Assembly: GCF_963921235.1 (NCBI RefSeq)
Contig: NC_086119.1
Coordinates: 48,422,001-48,486,000, forward strand
Direction of reading: 5' to 3'
Length of the DNA stretch: 64,000 bases
Source of the DNA: Mobula hypostoma
Lineage: Eukaryota
Shown one piece after another: positions 63,262-64,000 of the stretch. The notes below the pieces were generated by a model. That model was given only the letters and a program-made list of their open reading frames with translations, made no database searches and was not told the DNA's origin. The translations under genes and the position numbers were made by a program. Position 1 is the stretch's first letter. Each line of letters opens with the position of its first letter.

Positions 63262-63682
63262 TCTGTGGATTGTCACCTTGTCGTGGTGGAGAAGCTTCTG
63301 TGGTCCTGTGATCCCGAGACCGATGCCGTCTGGAGCTATGCTCCTGGTAGGGTCACCCATGGCGGTAAGGTCGAGGGTGAGGTCCCTGACAAAGAACAAT
63401 CCAACCAAGACCTCAACGGTGGAACAGGCGGACAAAGTTACTTCAAACTCAACGGCTGTGAAGGCGGATGAAGGCTGCAACAAATCCATCAGCTCCAATC
63501 GTCGTGGTTTCCATGCCATTGAAATCAGTTGGTTGATTTGTGAAGTATCGTGTGCTTCTTGGAGTGCAACATCGAGTACACATTAGACAAGTATATGCAC
63601 AGGCGTCTTCACTCTGTGGGCCACTTCTTCAGAACGAAGACCATCATCCTCAACCCGAGGGATGGCCATGATGACAATGACT
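63262..63682 (+). mobile_element. Bipartite RTE (Expander/BovB-type) non-autonomous element inserted in an old minus-strand CR1 (~62900-63960)
   Basis: Head CACCTTGTCGTGGTGGAG...GGTAGGGTCACCCATGGC...CTGACAAAG; (GAT)-like tail. Confidence 0.7.
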
Positions 63683-64000
63683 CTAATTGTATTAAACATC
63701 CCAAGTTGGCCAATCTCTCTTCATTGCACACATATCATAATATGGGCAGTATTTAACTCAGCAACCTTTTTCATCCTTCACAAAATCTCCACATCCTTTC
63801 TATAGTATGGTGACCAGAACTGCACACAATATTCCAAATTTGACCGAGATAAAATGTTATAACTTCAGAGCAACATAACTTCCCAACTATTATCGCTGAC
63901 ACCCAAACTAACGAAGGCAAGCATGCTGTATGCCTTCTTTACTCCCCTATCCCACTGTCAGCGCTGTTTTAGATGCTTCTATTCCTGAATGTGAATGTTA

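Overview
Repeat-saturated vertebrate DNA, intergenic or deep intronic; I could not support any intact host gene, tRNA or rRNA gene. The repeat families (CR1, Rex1/Babar-like LINEs, HE1/V-SINE-like and Deu-SINE relics, Penelope-like elements) point to a cartilaginous fish, probably a ray or shark (inference). Most ORFs in the track are transposon fragments or their antisense shadows. Mobile DNA includes a hAT transposon with a perfect 8-bp TSD nested in an internally deleted R4/Dong-type LINE and carrying a Penelope insertion, a decayed Gypsy element, five candidate solo LTRs plus one LTR-like insertion, a Tc1 derivative, hAT MITEs and RTE-derived short elements. Most notable: (1) an HDV-like ribozyme fold whose predicted cleavage site coincides with the 5' end of a ~560-bp non-coding RTE-derived element (4301-4485, minus; second truncated copy at 37.5 kb); (2) minimal type I hammerhead motifs in the Penelope terminal module, two with intact cores; (3) orphan, stop-depleted minus-strand reading frames at 40.45-41.9 kb, 14.26-14.85 kb and 17.8-18.5 kb. 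The first shows by-eye resemblance to orthomyxovirus PB2 and is a candidate endogenous viral element. All family and homology calls are by eye or from recall and need database confirmation.
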